Shown here: piece by piece, positions 60,901 to 64,000 of the stretch | How positions within the stretch are numbered: the first letter of the stretch is position 1 | Layout of the letters: every line of letters starts with the position of its first letter | Position numbers and translations under genes: made by a program | Source: Eledone cirrhosa | Taxonomy: Eukaryota | DNA length: 64,000 nucleotides | Assembly (NCBI GenBank): GCA_964016885.1 | Contig: OZ024740.1 | Coordinates: 289,850,001-289,914,000, forward strand | Direction of reading: 5' to 3' | Notes under the pieces: model-generated | Told to the model about the DNA's origin: nothing | Seen by the model: the letters and a program-made list of their open reading frames with translations, nothing else | Database searches by the model: none

Positions 60901-63900
60901 CAGAGATGGTGTTTGTATTGGTGATGGTGTTGGTGGTGATGTTGGTTATAGTGTCAGAGGTGGTGTTTGTATTGGTGATGGTGTTGGTGGTGATGTTGGT
61001 TATAGTGTCAGAGGTGGGTGTTTGTATTGGTGATGGTGTTGGTGGTGATGTTGGTAATAGTGTCAGAGATGGTGTTTGTATTGGTGATGGTGTTGGTGGT
61101 GATGTTGGTTATAGTGTCAGAGGTGGTGTTTGTATTGGTGATGGTGTTGGTGGTGATGTTGGTTATAGTGTCAGAGGTGGTGTTTGTATTGGTGATGGTG
61201 TTGGTGGTGATGTTGGTAATAGTGTCAGAGATGGTGTTTGTATTGGTGATGGTGTTGGTGGTGATGTTGGTTATAGTGTCAGAGATGGTGTTTTTATTGG
61301 TGATGGTGTTGGTGGTGATGTTGGTAATAGTGTCAGAGATGGTGTTTGTATTGGTGATGGTGTTGGTGGTGATGTTGGTTATAGTGTCAGAGGTGGTGTT
61401 TGTATTGGTGATGGTGTTGGTGGTGATGTTGGTTATAGTGTCAGAGATGGTGTTTGTATTGGTGATGGTGTTGGTGGTGATGTTGGTAATAGTGTCAGAC
61501 ATGGTGTTTGTATTGGTGATGGTGTTGCGTGGTGATGTTGGTAATAGTGTCAGAGATGGTGTTTGTATTGGTAATGGTGTTGGTGGTGATGTTGGTTATA
61601 GTGTCAGAGGTGGTGTTTGTATTGGTGATGGTGTTGGTGGTGATGTTGGTTATAGTGTCAGAGGTGGTGTTTGTATTGGTGATGGTGTTGGTGGTGATGT
61701 TGGTTATAGTGTAAGAGATGGTGATTGTATTGGTGATGGTGTTGGTGGTGATGTTGGTAATAGTGTCAGAGGTGGTGTTTGTATTGGTGATGGTGTTGGT
61801 GTTGATGTTGGTTATAGTGTAAGAGATGGTGATTGTATTGGTGATGGTGTTGGTGGTGATGTTGGTTATAGTGTCAGAGATGGTGTTTGTATTGGTGATG
61901 GTGTTGGTGGTGATGTTGGTTATAGTGTCAGAGGTGGTGTTTGTATTGGTAATGGTGTTGGTGGTGATGTTGGTTATAGTGTCAGAGGTGGTGTTTGTAT
62001 TGGTAATGGTGTTGGTGGTGATGTTGGTAATAGTGTCAGAGATGGTGTTTGTATTGGTAATGGTGTTGGTGGTGATGTTGGTAATAGTGTCAGAGGTGGT
62101 GTTTGTATTGGTAATGGTGTTGGTGGTGATGTTGGTAATAGTGTCAGAGGTGGTGTTTGTATTGGTAATGGTGTTGGTGGTGATGTTGGTTATAGTGTCA
62201 GAGGTGGTGTTTGTATTGGTAATGGTGTTGGTGGTGATGTTGGTAATAGTGTCAGAGGTGGTGTTTGTATTGGTAATGGTGTTGGTGGTGATGTTGGTTA
62301 TAGTGTCAGAGGTGGTGTTTGTATTGGTAATGCGTGTTGGTGGTGATGTTGGTAATAGTGTCAGAGGTGGTGTTTGTATTGGTAATGGTGTTGGTGGTGA
62401 TGTTGGTTATAGTGTCAGAGATGGTGATTGTATTGGTAATGGTGTTGGTGGTGATGTTGGTAATAGTGTCAGAGGTGGTGTTTGTATTGGTGATGGTGTT
62501 GGTGGTGATGTTGGTTATAGTGTCAGAGGTGGTGATTGTATTGGTAATGGTGTTGGTGGTGATGTTGGTAATAGTGTCAGAGGTGGTGTTTGTATTGGTG
62601 ATGGTGTTGGTGGTGATGTTGGTTATAGTGTCAGAGATGGTGATTGTATTGGTAATGGTGTTGGTGGTGATGTTGGTAATAGTGTCAGAGGTGGTGTTTG
62701 TATTGGTGATGGTGTTGGTGGTGATGTTGGTTATAGTGTCAGAGATGGTGATTGTATTGGTAATGGTGTTGGTGGTGATGTTGGTTATAGTGTCAGAGGT
62801 GGTGATTGTATTGGTAATGGTGTTGGTGGTGATGTTGGTTATAGTGTCAGAGGTGGTGTTTGTATTGGTAATGGTGTTGGTGGTGATGTTGGTAATAGTG
62901 TCAGAGGTGGTGTTTGTATTGGTAATGGTGTTGGTGGTGATGTTGGTTATAGTGTCAGAGATGGTGATTGTATTGGTAATGGTGTTGGTGGTGATGTTGG
63001 TATAGTGTCAGAGGTGGTGTTTGTATTGGTAATGGTGTTGGTGGTGATGTTGGTTATAGTGTCAGAGGTGGTGTTTGTATTGGTAATGGTGTTGGTGGTG
63101 ATGTTGGTTATAGTGTCAGAGGTGGTGTTTGTATTGGTGATGGTGTTGGTGGTGATGTTGGTAATAGTGTCAGAGATGGTGATTGTATTGGTAATGGTGT
63201 TGGTGGTGATGTTGGTTATAGTGTCAGAGGTGGTGTTTGTATTGGTGATGGTGTTGGTGGTGATGTTGGTAATAGTGTCAGAGATGGTGTTTGTATTGGT
63301 AATGGTGTTGGTGGTGATGTTGGTTATAGTGTCAGAGGTGGTGATTGTATTGGTAATGGTGTTGGTGGTGATGTTGGTAATAGTGTCAGAGATGGTGTTC
63401 GTATTGGTAATGGTGTTGGTGGTGATGTTGGTTATAGTGTCAGAGGTGGTGTTTGTATTGGTGATGGTGTTGGTGGTGATGTTGGTAATAGTGTCAGAGA
63501 TGGTGTTTGTATTGGTGATGGTGTTGGTGGTGATGTTGGTAATAGTGTCAGAGGTGGTGATTGTATTGGTAATGGTGTTGGTGGTGATGTTGGTTATAGT
63601 GTCAGAGATGGTGATTGTATTGGTAATGGTGTTGGTGGTGATGTTGGTTATAGTGTCAGAGGTGGTGTTTGTATTGGTAATGGTGTTGGTGGTGATGTTG
63701 GTTATAGTGTCAGAGATGGTGATTGTATTGGTAATGGTGTTGGTGGTGATGTTGGTAATAGTGTCAGAGGTGGTGTTTGTATTGGTAATGGTGTTGGTGG
63801 TGATGTTGGTTATAGTGTCAGAGATGGTGATTGTATTGGTAATGGTGTTGGTGGTGATGTTGGTAATAGTGTCAGAGATGGTGATTGTATTGGTGATGGT

Positions 63901-64000
63901 GTTGGTGGTGATGTTGGTAATAGTGTCAGAGATGGTGTTTGTATTGGTGATGGTGTTGGTGGTGATGTTGGTTATAGTGTCAGAGATGGTGTTTGTATTG
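39908..64000. repeat. 54-bp tandem satellite, >24 kb (roughly 445 units), continuing past the window
   Basis: Unit GGTGTTTGTATTGGTAATGGTGTTGGTGGTGATGTTGGTAATAGTGTCAGAGGT, with about five common dimorphic sites. Confidence 0.99.

Noticed and set aside
56100-63000. Burst of 1-bp indels in the satellite as a biological signal
   Set aside because: They are mostly homopolymer-type, non-recurrent indels, more consistent with lower consensus accuracy.
40232-63005. Giant Val-rich ORFs (3121 aa, 1913 aa, etc.)
   Set aside because: They are translations of the 54-bp satellite, open in several frames, with no unique domains.
39908-64000. CRISPR-like or telomeric array
   Set aside because: There are no unique spacers or cas genes, and the unit is not TTAGGG-like.

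Overview
Eukaryotic, AT-rich, repeat-dominated DNA with no convincing host gene; the SINE style suggests a cephalopod (octopus-like), which is an inference from memory. The first ~26 kb is a dense field of (TA)n tracts. It holds a nearly intact Penelope-like retroelement (PLE; RT plus C-terminal GIY-YIG, minus strand, ~10.4-14.4 kb) with direct pseudo-LTRs and an inverted 5' tail, and a second truncated PLE at 1-1275. It also holds about ten short fold-back palindromes from several sequence families, each set between (TA)n tracts. Many of these carry recognisable hammerhead ribozyme cores, including U3-A8 variants, and the PLE pseudo-LTR has a hammerhead with an 85-nt insert in stem II. Several palindromes share one asymmetric plan with the full-length PLE: (TA)n, a short inverted arm ending at an internal TA motif, the fold, a long arm, then (TA)n. 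Also present are tRNA-type SINEs, two L1/Tx1-like 3' fragments, a decayed RTE-type LINE, CA-, CAG- and GGT-derived minisatellites, and a >24-kb 54-bp satellite with higher-order duplications. Nearly all ORFs in the supplied track are artefacts of simple repeats. Coordinates were read by eye and may be off by a few bases.
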